Source of the DNA: Blastocatellia bacterium | GTDB lineage: Bacteria; Acidobacteriota; Blastocatellia; UBA7656 | Direction: 5' to 3' | DNA length: 64,000 bases | Assembly: GCA_963765495.1 (NCBI GenBank) | Contig: CAVXWP010000010.1 | Coordinates: forward strand, 32,001-96,000 | Shown: positions 51,680-61,441 of the stretch, piece by piece | Layout: every line of letters starts with the position of its first letter | Position numbering within the stretch: the first letter of the stretch is position 1 | Notes under the pieces: generated by a model | The model's database searches: none | What the model was told of the DNA's origin: nothing | The model's input: the letters and a program-made list of their open reading frames with translations, nothing else | Position numbers and translations under genes: made by a program

Positions 51680-51720
51680 TACTTGCCTCCGAAAAAACTT
51701 GTTCTGTTGCTTATGGCAAT

Positions 51721-51736
51721 CGCAATAGTTATGCCA
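51721..51736 (-). promoter_or_regulatory. sigma-54 promoter for the M48 gene
   Basis: minus strand TGGCATAACTATTGCG (GG-N10-GC). Confidence 0.7.
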
Positions 51737-51886
51737 GTCCTTAAGATACGCCAACGCCGGTAAAAGTTGTAAATTGCTTTATTATGATAACAGACCGCAC
51801 GTTTTTTCGCACACATTGCCGTGTCGGATCAATACAGACCAGTTGGTTAATCGGGCTCTTAGAATCCTCTAGAGCCAATCACTAAA

Positions 51887-51902
51887 TGGCATATGAGTTG
51901 CA
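51887..51902 (+). promoter_or_regulatory. sigma-54 promoter for the Cys-rich peptide gene
   Basis: TGGCATATGAGTTGCA (GG-N10-GC). Confidence 0.7.
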
Positions 51903-51948
51903 ACTATTAACCACCGTGGACGAAAAAGAACAGGGGAGGATTCTAACG

Positions 51949-52209
51949 ATGTTAAATAACAAAAAAGACGCGAAAAATTCAGACAGAAAGAGCAATATGA
52001 TGAAACGCCTGCTGGTGTTGGCTTTGATGACCATGAGCCTGGTATTTGCTGGAGCGCAAGCCATACCGACTACCCGGGCCAGTCAGGGTTGCGAGATGAC
52101 TTGTGGTGAACCTTTCATTAATCCAAGCGACGGAAAGTGCTATGTAAGGTGTTGCCCGATAGATCCCGAGTGCAAAACACCGTGTATGATAAAGCCATGC
52201 GACAAGTAA
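51949..52209 (+). CDS. small secreted 8-cysteine protein
   Basis: GGAGGA RBS before ATG 51949 (alternative start 51997); signal peptide ending AQA; own promoter and terminator. Confidence 0.8.
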   Translation: MLNNKKDAKNSDRKSNMMKRLLVLALMTMSLVFAGAQAIPTTRASQGCEMTCGEPFINPSDGKCYVRCCPIDPECKTPCMIKPCDK

Positions 52210-52217
52210 AGGTTTGC

Positions 52218-52282
52218 GGAAAAGTGCCAGCACAAGGATGACAATCAGAGAAAACTGTCATGCTTGTGCTGGCACTTTTTCC
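52218..52282 (+). terminator. terminator hairpin
   Basis: AAAAGTGCCAGCACAAG...CTTGTGCTGGCACTTTTT. Confidence 0.75.
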
Positions 52283-52713
52283 ATTTTAAATATCATCCGC
52301 TAGATAATAATAGCAGTGTCCCGAACGTCCATAGTCTTTCACCTTAAACGAGAATATTTTTATTCAGGAAAGATATTTGGACGCCTCTCTTTTCATATCA
52401 AGGTAACTGCCCGGGTCAACAATCAAAAAATCAGGGAGTGAATTATAGAAGAGGCAGTAGAGCTAAAGGCGGTAAGCCTGCCGGAAGTAAGAAGACCTCG
52501 GCCCGGGTGAAGAAGGCAAAGATAGCAACAACTCAGATCATAGGGAAGCTAAATCAAAACGTAGCGGGTCGGCATAAATAGATATATAGAACAATGCGTA
52601 AGAGTGAGGCCGGGTTCTTTTGACAGTATTAAAAAGATTGGATTGGATTGAACAAGAAACTTGTTCAATGATCAGGTATGGGGTTGCGTCTTTGCAAACT
52701 GAATGGCCCGGGT

Positions 52714-55617
52714 TTAATTGTCATCCTTCGGAGCAGAACCCGATTCGTTGCGTGGAGACTCTTTTTTCTGCTCGCGCCGCTTGCCGTCTTTAATCATCGT
52801 AGGCGACATCTTCGTGCTCTGCCCGCGTGGCTCATCCTGTCTGTCTGCCTCACCCGAATCATAGCTGCTGCCGCTGCTCTGTTGATCTCGCGGCGTTGAA
52901 TAGCTGTCATCATAACCGCGCTTGTTGCCGCCTTCATCTTTTCTGATCGCGGCTGTGGCGTAGGTGTGGAGGTTGCACATATCCAGAGGCTCGTGGCCGA
53001 GTTTATAAGTGCGTTTCTCCACGTTTGGGCAGTAAGGCGTGGCGATCAAACCCGTGCGGGCGCAAACATCAAGCGTGATTTTGCTGTAGTCATACTTGGA
53101 ATCCTGATTCGGATCGGTGTAATTCCAGCCCTGATTATCCATATCATATGAATCAGGATACAGCCCTTCATCCAGATAAGCCTCCTGCTGATGACTGCAC
53201 ATAGAGTATGGCTCTGTGCCTGAAATAAAAATCTCTTTGCGATGCGAAGGGCATTCGGGCCCGGCCAATAAACCCGTAGTCGGATCAATATCAGCCGATG
53301 TAATCCCGCCGGGTCGAGCAAACGAATCGCCTCCCAGATCGTGACGAATCTCGGTGGCCTCCTTGACGAAATCTGCCCAGATTGGGAGAGCCGATTCGGA
53401 AGCCTTCAGTCCTAAATCTCGATTGTCATCAAATCCTACCCAGACGGCGCAAACCATGTTTGGCGTATATCCGACGAACCAGCCGTCACGCGAAGTACCC
53501 GTCTTTCCAGCCGCCGCGCCTTTCACACCCATTGCCCGGGCATGCGCCGCCGTCCCTGAATTGACCACAGATTCGAGGAAGTCAGTAACGATGTAGGCGA
53601 CCTGTTGTGAAAAAACTCGAACAGAGGTGGCTGAAACGGGCCTGGAGTTTTCATTTGCCGTACCCGCGCTGATGTCTTTGATAGGAATCGGTCGCAAGGC
53701 CAGACCCTGATTTGCAAAAGCCGTGTATGCGCCCGCCATTTGCAGCGGAGTCGCTTCGCTTGTGCCGAGCGCCATCGAAGGGTAGGTGCGCGGACGGTCA
53801 AGCCCGCACTCTTCCGCTACATCGGCGATGCCGCCAAGCCCTACGCGGAGAGCCAGTTCGACGGCGGGCACATTGAGCGACCGGGTCAGCGCCTCACGCA
53901 GGGTCACATCTCTATTCGTGAAACCGCCATGATAATCATTTGGGTTATATTCTTCGCGCCCTCCATCGTATGAAAATGTCTGCGGACGATCAGAAAGCAG
54001 GGTTGCCGGTGTGTAAGAACGCATTGAAAGCGCGCTCGCATACACAAAAGGCTTGAAGGACGAACCCGGCTGCCGACGGGCGTCGGTCGCGCGATTTAGC
54101 TGACTCTCTGCGTAGTTGCGCCCGCCTACCATCGCAAGCACCTCTCCCGTATGAGCATCTATCGCTACGAGCGCCGCCTGCACCCGTGGGCTTTCGCCGC
54201 CTTTTCGAGTGGAGCGCGCAAGAACTTTATCAAGCTTCGCCGCGTGGTTTGTCACCGCTTCATAGGCGGCGCGTTGCAGGCGCGGGTCCATAGTCGTATT
54301 TATTCGGCGAGAGGCAAGCTCCGTATCGCCGTACCGATCTTCGGTGAATCTCTGCGCATAATCTATGAAATAGTTTGTGCCGTAGCTATCCTGAGATGTG
54401 CGTTCTTTGAGCGCAATCTGGGCCGTTTTAGCGGCCTCTGATTGCTCGGATGTAATAGCCCCTGTGCTTACCATAGCGTCCAGCACATCATTACGACGCT
54501 CGGTGGCAAGCTTCATATCACGATGCAGGGTATAACGGTTTGGCGCGTGGATCAGCCCCGCAAGAAATGCCGACTCGCTCAGAGTCAGGTCAGACAACTG
54601 CTTGCCGAAATATACCTGCGCCGCTTCCGCGAAACCGTGTATCGCAAAGGTTCCGTTCTGACCGAGATAAACATTGTTAAAATAGAGCGTGAATATTTCC
54701 TGTTTTGATAGTCTGGATTCGAGTATGACGGCCATCGAGGCCTCTTTCAATTTACGCGTCAGAGTTCGGTCGCTGGTAAGGACGGCATTTTTTATAAGCT
54801 GTTGAGTTATTGTCGATCCCCCCTGCACTATTTCGCCTTCGTGAATATCCTGCCATAGCGCGCGCGCGATTCCGCGCCAGTCAATACCGCCGTGAGAGAA
54901 GAATCGCCTGTCTTCGACGGCTACCATCGCATCGCGGAGATTGGCCGGAATATCAGAGAATCGAACGCTGGTCTTTTTTCTCCGGTCGCCGTTTTCGACC
55001 GAAGCCAGAAGCTCGCCTTCTATCTCTGCGCTGCTCAGTTTCTTGTTGTTTATGGGGCTTGTGAGTGAAGCGATCTTTCCATTCTTGTCTATTTCAAGGC
55101 GAACGGGATAGAGGCCAAGCCGGATAGCGGATTTACGCGCGGGCCTGATCTCGATATCGTTCCCGTCAATCCAATATGTGCCTAATGCGCCCTGCCCGTC
55201 TTCATCCTGTCTCTGCTGATAACCGGCTGCTTCAAGATATTGGCTCAACTCTTCGATAGGAAGTTTATCGCCTACAGATACCTTGAAGGGCGAAGAGAAT
55301 ATGCCTACCGCGTTGTCGAAGAAACCCACTTCGAGGCGTTCGTCGATTTCTCGGGAAAATATGTTGTAGTAGTAAACGCCCAGAGATAAAAAGGCGAGAG
55401 CAATAACGCCGAAAACCACCATCACCTTTGGTTGTATGAGGCGCGATCCGATCAGTTTTATTCTTGTTGGGACGTGCGATTTGAAGCGGGCAAAAGATTC
55501 GCTCAATACATCCCAGCCATACCATCCCGCGTGCGCTGCCGATGAGTTATGAGCGACTACGGTACGTGGCGACCGCTTTCCGTCTTTACCTGATCTGACC
55601 TTGCTTGCCAGTTCCAT
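52714..55617 (-). CDS. class A penicillin-binding protein (PBP1B-like, with extra periplasmic domain)
   Basis: EDRRF, GGSTITQQL, RKLKE; SSFK, SLN, KTG. Confidence 0.94.
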   Translation of the reverse strand: MELASKVRSGKDGKRSPRTVVAHNSSAAHAGWYGWDVLSESFARFKSHVPTRIKLIGSRLIQPKVMVVFGVIALAFLSLGVYYYNIFSREIDERLEVGFFDNAVGIFSSPFKVSVGDKLPIEELSQYLEAAGYQQRQDEDGQGALGTYWIDGNDIEIRPARKSAIRLGLYPVRLEIDKNGKIASLTSPINNKKLSSAEIEGELLASVENGDRRKKTSVRFSDIPANLRDAMVAVEDRRFFSHGGIDWRGIARALWQDIHEGEIVQGGSTITQQLIKNAVLTSDRTLTRKLKEASMAVILESRLSKQEIFTLYFNNVYLGQNGTFAIHGFAEAAQVYFGKQLSDLTLSESAFLAGLIHAPNRYTLHRDMKLATERRNDVLDAMVSTGAITSEQSEAAKTAQIALKERTSQDSYGTNYFIDYAQRFTEDRYGDTELASRRINTTMDPRLQRAAYEAVTNHAAKLDKVLARSTRKGGESPRVQAALVAIDAHTGEVLAMVGGRNYAESQLNRATDARRQPGSSFKPFVYASALSMRSYTPATLLSDRPQTFSYDGGREEYNPNDYHGGFTNRDVTLREALTRSLNVPAVELALRVGLGGIADVAEECGLDRPRTYPSMALGTSEATPLQMAGAYTAFANQGLALRPIPIKDISAGTANENSRPVSATSVRVFSQQVAYIVTDFLESVVNSGTAAHARAMGVKGAAAGKTGTSRDGWFVGYTPNMVCAVWVGFDDNRDLGLKASESALPIWADFVKEATEIRHDLGGDSFARPGGITSADIDPTTGLLAGPECPSHRKEIFISGTEPYSMCSHQQEAYLDEGLYPDSYDMDNQGWNYTDPNQDSKYDYSKITLDVCARTGLIATPYCPNVEKRTYKLGHEPLDMCNLHTYATAAIRKDEGGNKRGYDDSYSTPRDQQSSGSSYDSGEADRQDEPRGQSTKMSPTMIKDGKRREQKKESPRNESGSAPKDDN

Positions 55618-55642
55618 TTACTACCCTCCCCTTCTTGCTTTT

Positions 55643-55658
55643 TGCAACGATTGTGCCA
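55643..55658 (-). promoter_or_regulatory. sigma-54 promoter for the PBP gene
   Basis: minus strand TGGCACAATCGTTGCA, a consensus match, 26 bp from the ATG. Confidence 0.78.
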
Positions 55659-55808
55659 GCAAGCGACCGAAAGGGATAAACACGAAAACAGGCAGTTTTA
55701 GGGGGAATTTTGATGTAGAAATGTTTTTTAAAGTGCGTGAGGGGCGATCACAATGCACTCGAACAATACATACGCAAGGTATGTATTCAAATGCAATATT
55801 GAATCAGA

Positions 55809-56756
55809 TCAGTAATACCGGCCAGGTGCAGTCTTCGACAAATTATTTATGTATCGGTCGGCAGAGATCGCGGCGATCACGCCTTCTGCGGCTGAGACCA
55901 CGGCCTGCTTCAGTTGAGTGCATGTCATATCGCCTACGGCAAAAACACCGTCAATCGGTATGGATTGATCGCGCGAGTTGTTTATGCAGCCGCCGTCACC
56001 AAGCGGGATCGCATCGTTTAAGAACTTTGTGCTCGGCTTGTTGCCCTCCAGATAGATAAACGCGCCGGTTACGGGGATCTTCTGTTCTTCGCCGCCGCGC
56101 TCGGCTACGTCAATGGCGTTTACAGCCCCCTCTCCATTTATGCGCGTCAATTTGAGGTTTGGCATCAACTCGATCTTCTCTTCGCCTTTGACTTTCTCTA
56201 CTAACTCGGCGCTTGCTTTGAGATCAGAAGACGGGTAGACGAGTTTTACCGACCGGGCATAACGAGTCAGAAACAACGCTTCTTCAAGCGCGTGATCGTC
56301 GAAACCGACTACCGCGACGTCTTCCTGTTTGAAGAAAGCTCCGTCGCACGTACCGCAATAGCTTACACCCCGGCCCAAAAACTCATCTTCGCCCGGCACT
56401 TTATTTTTTCGCTCGTGCGCGCCTGTCGCCAGTATCACGGCTTTTGTCTGATATGTATTGCTTGTAAAGATGGTCTTCGGGTTGCTCGTAAGATCAACGC
56501 CTATGACCTGCTCCTGAACAAAGCGAGCGCCAAACTGCTCGGCCTGTCGTCGCATCCGGCGAAGAAGTTCCAGCCCGCTGATCTCTTCGGGTACGCCGGG
56601 GTAATTGACTATAACCGAGGCGGCGGCAAGCGCGCCGCTCATGATGTTTTTGTCTATAACCAGCGTCTTCAGATCGGCGCGCGCCGTATAGATGGCCGCA
56701 GAGGCCCCGCCCGGCCCACCTCCGATTATGATCACATCAAAAAGATTTTCTTCCAT
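55809..56756 (-). CDS. trxB: thioredoxin-disulfide reductase
   Basis: GGGPGG, GRGVSYCGTCDG, FAVGD; start MEENL at 56756. Confidence 0.85.
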   Translation of the reverse strand: MEENLFDVIIIGGGPGGASAAIYTARADLKTLVIDKNIMSGALAAASVIVNYPGVPEEISGLELLRRMRRQAEQFGARFVQEQVIGVDLTSNPKTIFTSNTYQTKAVILATGAHERKNKVPGEDEFLGRGVSYCGTCDGAFFKQEDVAVVGFDDHALEEALFLTRYARSVKLVYPSSDLKASAELVEKVKGEEKIELMPNLKLTRINGEGAVNAIDVAERGGEEQKIPVTGAFIYLEGNKPSTKFLNDAIPLGDGGCINNSRDQSIPIDGVFAVGDMTCTQLKQAVVSAAEGVIAAISADRYINNLSKTAPGRYY

Positions 56757-56795
56757 AGTCTTTTTCAACCCCAACTGCTCAATTAAGACAGCAGC

Positions 56796-56897
56796 AATAG
56801 ACCGCGGATGACGCGGATGCGGCGGATTCTCACTGATCAGACATATCAGGATCAGATCCGCGAAAATCCGCCGCATCCGCGTCATCCGCGGTCTATT
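56796..56897. repeat. 9-bp-period palindrome (CGCGGAT family)
   Basis: 33-bp perfect arms AATAGACCGCGGATGACGCGGATGCGGCGGATT. Confidence 0.93.
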
Positions 56898-56953
56898 AAC
56901 ATGAGCTTTTCGACCCGGTTCACTTCCACCGACATCTGGCGGGCTAATTCAAC

Positions 56954-58816
56954 TTATTCGACCGTCACGGATTTGGCCAGGTTGCGCGGTTGGTCCACGT
57001 CGCAGCCCCGGCGCACGCCTATGTGATAGGCCAGTAACTGAAGCGGGACTACGGCAAGTATCGGTGAGATCAAATCCGAGGCTTCCGGTATCTCGATTAC
57101 GTGATCGGCCACCTGATGTGCCTCCGTATCGCCTTCGCTTGCGATGGCTATCACTACGCCGTCGCGGGCTTTCACTTCGACCATATTCGAAAGCGTCTTT
57201 TCGAATCGCAGCTTTGACGATTCGCTCGTTTCATCGCGGGTGGCGATAACGACCACGGGCAGTTCTTCATCAATCAAGGCGTTAGGCCCGTGTTTCATCT
57301 CGCCCGCCGGATAGCCTTCGGCGTGGATGTAGGAGATCTCTTTGAGCTTGAGCGCGCCTTCAAGTGCTATGGGGAAATTGATGCCGCGACCGAGATAGAG
57401 GAAATCATGCGCGCGATGAAACTCACGCGCAAGCAGTTCGAGTTCGTCGTCGGCCCCAAGCAGGGATTCCATCTTGACCGGCAGGCTGTTGAGGGCGCGC
57501 ATGTGATGAAGCGACTCATCATCGGAAATCATCCCGCGTTGCTGCGCCATAAACAGAGCTACCAGATAAAGGACGGTCATCTGAGAGGTGAAGGCTTTTG
57601 TTGAAGCGACTCCGATCTCAGGCCCCGCGTGCGTCAGTATAGTACCGTTTGATTCGCGTGTGAGCATCGAGCCCTGTACATTGCAGACCGCGAGTATCTT
57701 TGCGCCCTTCTCTTTTGACTCGCGCACGGCGGCGATGGTATCGGCCGTTTCGCCCGATTGCGAGATGGCTATAACGAGAGTCTTATCGTCAAGAATCGGA
57801 TCGCGGTATCGAAACTCCGAGGCGTAATCAATCTCTACAGGAATGCGCGCCAGTTCTTCAAGCATGTACTTCCCGGCCATCGCGGCGTGCAGACTGGTTC
57901 CGCAGGCTATGATTTTGACCGATGTGAATTTGCGGAATTCTTCGGCGTCTATCTCCATCTCGTCGAGGTAGACGCGGCCCGTTTCCTGCGAAAGGCGGCC
58001 AACGATTGTGTCACGCACGGCGCGTGGCTGCTCATAGATTTCCTTGAGCATGTAGTGTTTGAATCCGCCTTTTTCGGCCATGATCGGGTCCCACGTGATG
58101 CGCTGCACATCGGGAGTCACCGAGTTGCCTTCGAAATCGGTGACGGTCACGCCTTCGCGGGTGAGGACGGCCATCTCGCCGTCGCCGAGAAAAAACACGT
58201 CGCGGGTGTGATAAAGCACGGGCGGTATGTCGGATGCGACGAAGTATTCGTTCTGTCCTAGCCCTATGACGATTGGCGGGCCCTGCCGCACGGCGATGAT
58301 CTTTTCCGGCTCGTCGGCAGACATTATCGCAAGGGCGAATATGCCTTTCAGGTCGGCGGTTGCGCGCTCGACGGCCGCTTCCAGATTTTCCGCCCCGGCT
58401 CTCAGATATTTCTCGATCAGGTGAGCTATAACCTCGGTGTCCGTCTCGGTTACCATCCGATGGTCTTCGGACAGGAGTTCGCGTTTGAGCGGGAGGAAGT
58501 TTTCTATGATGCCGTTATGGACTACGACTATGCGGCCCGAGCAATCGCGGTGAGGGTGGGCGTTTTCTTCCGTCGGACGACCGTGAGTTGCCCAGCGAGT
58601 GTGGCCCACACCATAGGTTCCGTCGAGCGGGTGGAGCCGGACAGCCTCTTCCAGATTGCGCAGCTTTCCCGAAGCCCGGCGAACTTCCATGTCTCCGCGC
58701 TCGTCAACGACGGCGATGCCCGCCGAATCGTAGCCGCGATATTCCAGTTTCTTGAGCCCGTCGAGTATGACTCCTACAACTTGCTTATCACCAACGTAAC
58801 CGACTATGCCACACAT
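56954..58816 (-). CDS. glmS: glutamine-fructose-6-phosphate transaminase
   Basis: [31 protein letters not shown]. Confidence 0.98.
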   Translation of the reverse strand: MCGIVGYVGDKQVVGVILDGLKKLEYRGYDSAGIAVVDERGDMEVRRASGKLRNLEEAVRLHPLDGTYGVGHTRWATHGRPTEENAHPHRDCSGRIVVVHNGIIENFLPLKRELLSEDHRMVTETDTEVIAHLIEKYLRAGAENLEAAVERATADLKGIFALAIMSADEPEKIIAVRQGPPIVIGLGQNEYFVASDIPPVLYHTRDVFFLGDGEMAVLTREGVTVTDFEGNSVTPDVQRITWDPIMAEKGGFKHYMLKEIYEQPRAVRDTIVGRLSQETGRVYLDEMEIDAEEFRKFTSVKIIACGTSLHAAMAGKYMLEELARIPVEIDYASEFRYRDPILDDKTLVIAISQSGETADTIAAVRESKEKGAKILAVCNVQGSMLTRESNGTILTHAGPEIGVASTKAFTSQMTVLYLVALFMAQQRGMISDDESLHHMRALNSLPVKMESLLGADDELELLAREFHRAHDFLYLGRGINFPIALEGALKLKEISYIHAEGYPAGEMKHGPNALIDEELPVVVIATRDETSESSKLRFEKTLSNMVEVKARDGVVIAIASEGDTEAHQVADHVIEIPEASDLISPILAVVPLQLLAYHIGVRRGCDVDQPRNLAKSVTVE

Positions 58817-58822
58817 AAATCA

Positions 58823-60226
58823 TTATCCTTTCACATTCTTCTTAATCACGGCGGGGACGCCTACGGCGAGTGAATCGGGGGGAACATCTTTAGTCACGAC
58901 CGCGCCTGCGCCCGTCTTTGATCCGCGCCCGATTCGCACAGGGGCCACAAGCATCGTATCGCTTCCGATCTTCACATCATCTTCGATGATAGTTTCGTGC
59001 TTTCGCGTGCCGTCATAGTTGCACGTAACGGTTCCCGCGCCTATGTTTACGTTATCGCCAAGCGTCGCATCCCCCAGATAAGTCAGGTGAGAAGATTTTG
59101 TGCCCCTCCCGATCTTCGACTTCTTCACTTCTACGAAATTACCAATGGCGGCTTTTTCCCCGATTTCGGCACTCATTCGCAGGCGTGAGAACGGCCCTAT
59201 GGTCGCCTTGTCGTGAATTATCGAGTCTTCGATCACGCTCGAATTCCTTATGGTGACTCCCTCGCCTATCTGAACATTCCTGAGCCGCGTCCACGATTGA
59301 ATCACACAATCGCTTCCGATCCGGCTCGCTCCTTCGATGATAACCTGCGGATATATGATGGTATCCTGACCGATCTTTACGTCCTGATGGATGTAGGTCG
59401 TAGCCGGATCAATCAAGGTAACGCCCGCAAGCATCAACTCGCGCAGTTTCTCTTCGCGCACCTTGCGCTCCAATCCGGCAAGCTCAACGCGGGTATTGAC
59501 TCCCTGAACCTCTTCGGCGCTCGTATGACAAAACACCCCGACTCGCCTGTCGCGCTCACGCATCAATTGCGGCACATCGGTCAGATAATATTCGCCCTGC
59601 GCGTTGTCTGTGGTCAGGTGGTCGAGCGCCTCAAGCAGGGCCTCTATATCAAAACAATAGATGCTGACACCGACCTCGCGCACGGCAAGCTCGTCGGGCG
59701 AGGCGTCTTTTTGCTCGACCACGCGCAGGAATCGCCCCTCTTTGTCACGGATGATGCGTCCGTACCCGGTAGGGTCATCCATTTGCACGGTCAGGACGGT
59801 CGCGCTGTTTTGCTCCGACTCGTGAATAGAGGCGAGGCGGCTGAGCGTTTCGGCCCTTATCATAGGCCCGTCGCCTGCCAGTATGATGAGTGATCCGCTT
59901 CGATTTTTGAGCGCGTCTCGCGCAGCCATCACGGCGTGCCCGGTCCCGCGCTGTTCGGTTTGCAGGGCGAAGTGGAGCCGAGGCCCGGCGGTGGCGCTTC
60001 TCTCTTCAAGCCGCGCAATCTGATCGCGCACCGCCTGCTCCACCTGTTCGGCCTGATAACCGACTATCGTTATGAGCGCGTCGGGTGATGTCTCGAATGC
60101 CGCGCGCGTTACATGAGAAACAAGCGGAAGCCCCGCCAGTTCGTGAAGCACTTTGGCCCGGCGCGACTTCATGCGAGTGCCGAGCCCGGCCGCTAAGATC
60201 ATTACATCGGTCATAGTTCGATCCAT
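58823..60226 (-). CDS. glmU: bifunctional UDP-GlcNAc pyrophosphorylase/acetyltransferase
   Basis: LAAGLGTRMKS, EYYLTD, GNFVEVK, CNYDG. Confidence 0.97.
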   Translation of the reverse strand: MDRTMTDVMILAAGLGTRMKSRRAKVLHELAGLPLVSHVTRAAFETSPDALITIVGYQAEQVEQAVRDQIARLEERSATAGPRLHFALQTEQRGTGHAVMAARDALKNRSGSLIILAGDGPMIRAETLSRLASIHESEQNSATVLTVQMDDPTGYGRIIRDKEGRFLRVVEQKDASPDELAVREVGVSIYCFDIEALLEALDHLTTDNAQGEYYLTDVPQLMRERDRRVGVFCHTSAEEVQGVNTRVELAGLERKVREEKLRELMLAGVTLIDPATTYIHQDVKIGQDTIIYPQVIIEGASRIGSDCVIQSWTRLRNVQIGEGVTIRNSSVIEDSIIHDKATIGPFSRLRMSAEIGEKAAIGNFVEVKKSKIGRGTKSSHLTYLGDATLGDNVNIGAGTVTCNYDGTRKHETIIEDDVKIGSDTMLVAPVRIGRGSKTGAGAVVTKDVPPDSLAVGVPAVIKKNVKG

Positions 60227-60234
60227 ATTGAGTT

Positions 60235-60332
60235 ATTCGTGATTCGTGATTCGTGATTCGTGATTTTGCAGGTTTGCAAGCGGTCTCTATCTGGCAGCCT
60301 ACTTGAAAGTCACGGATCACGCATCACGCATC
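60235..60332. repeat. heptamer (ATTCGTG)x4 inverted element
   Basis: ATTCGTGATTCGTGATTCGTGATTCGTGA...TCACGGATCACGCATCACGCATC. Confidence 0.85.
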
Positions 60333-60336
60333 CGTG

Positions 60337-61413
60337 CTAATTTGTCAGGCACGCCCACTTGCTTTCTACGCGATTCATTTCCAGAAGGAGACGAGCGAGT
60401 TTGTGCGGGTCGTGGCGCACCACGCAGTTCTGGTTGAGCAGATCGCCGCAGATAACGCGAAAAGGTCGCCGTTCTTCTCCATCAATGCTTACTGGTGCCT
60501 GTGGATCGCGAGCAAGCGCGCGGCTCAGTTCCGGCCCGAACTCAACCGAGACAGCGCCGTCGGCCAGATATTTTTCGAGCAATTCGTGATTGATCGAGGC
60601 GGAATTGACTATCACATAATCAAGTTCCAATTGTGGCGCGTAATCGAAAAGCGCCCGCAAATGGTCTTCAACGCTGAAGCCATCGGTCTCGCCCGGCTGG
60701 GTCATTACATTGCAGATGTATACCTTCACCGCGTTGGAATCGCATATAGCCTCAACGATTCCGTCAACAAGCAGATTGGGAATGATCGATGTGTAGAGCG
60801 ACCCCGGCCCCAGAGTGACAATGTTTGCCTGAGAGATGGCTTCGAGCGTTTCCGGCAGCGGCATACATTTTTCTTTTGACAGCCGCAAACGCTTCAGACG
60901 CGAGCGCGTTTCCACGATTCTGGTCTCCCCTTCAATCTGGCTGCCGTCTTCAAACTCGGCTACAAGTTTGACATCATCCATAGTGGAGGGAAAGATTCGC
61001 CCCTTTATGGCGAGCACTTCGCTTGTAACCTTGATGGCTTCCAGAAAATCTCCCGTGACACCCGCAAGCGCCGTAAGAAAGAGATTGCCGAAACTGTGCC
61101 CCGACAGATGCCCGTCGGATTCGAAGCGGTACTGCAAGAGCCTTGTGAGCAGATGCTCATCTTCGGCCAGGGCTACCATGCAGTTGCGTATGTCGCCCGG
61201 CGGCAGTATTTGAAATTCTTCGCGCAATCGGCCGGAGCTTCCGCCGTCGTCGGTTACCGTAACTACTGCGGTCAATGTCTCAACCCAGGGTCCGTCCACC
61301 TGTTGAGTCAAATGCGGTATGACGTAATTTTTAAGCCCGGAAAGCAGAGAAGATAGACCTGTGCCTCCTCCAATAGAAACAAGTTTCAATCCAAAGTAAT
61401 TCCCGTCAGACAT
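60337..61413 (-). CDS. yvcK: YvcK/GlmR family UDP-GlcNAc-binding protein
   Basis: GGGTGL, DDGGSSG, PPGDIRN, GHSFGNL, GPGSLYTS, NVMTQPGET; ATG 61413. Confidence 0.93.
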   Translation of the reverse strand: MSDGNYFGLKLVSIGGGTGLSSLLSGLKNYVIPHLTQQVDGPWVETLTAVVTVTDDGGSSGRLREEFQILPPGDIRNCMVALAEDEHLLTRLLQYRFESDGHLSGHSFGNLFLTALAGVTGDFLEAIKVTSEVLAIKGRIFPSTMDDVKLVAEFEDGSQIEGETRIVETRSRLKRLRLSKEKCMPLPETLEAISQANIVTLGPGSLYTSIIPNLLVDGIVEAICDSNAVKVYICNVMTQPGETDGFSVEDHLRALFDYAPQLELDYVIVNSASINHELLEKYLADGAVSVEFGPELSRALARDPQAPVSIDGEERRPFRVICGDLLNQNCVVRHDPHKLARLLLEMNRVESKWACLTN

Positions 61414-61441
61414 TTTGTAAACTCCCTGATCGAACCCGGGC

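Noticed and set aside
52438-52581. 47-aa basic ORF (MNYRRGSRAKGGK...)
   Set aside because: GTG start with no properly spaced RBS and no motif
56757-56885. N-terminal extensions on the trxB, lpdA and 38834 ORFs
   Set aside because: They are translations of intergenic hairpin repeats; downstream starts fit the families
58817-58822. glmS ribozyme
   Set aside because: glmS starts 6 bp after glmU, leaving no leader
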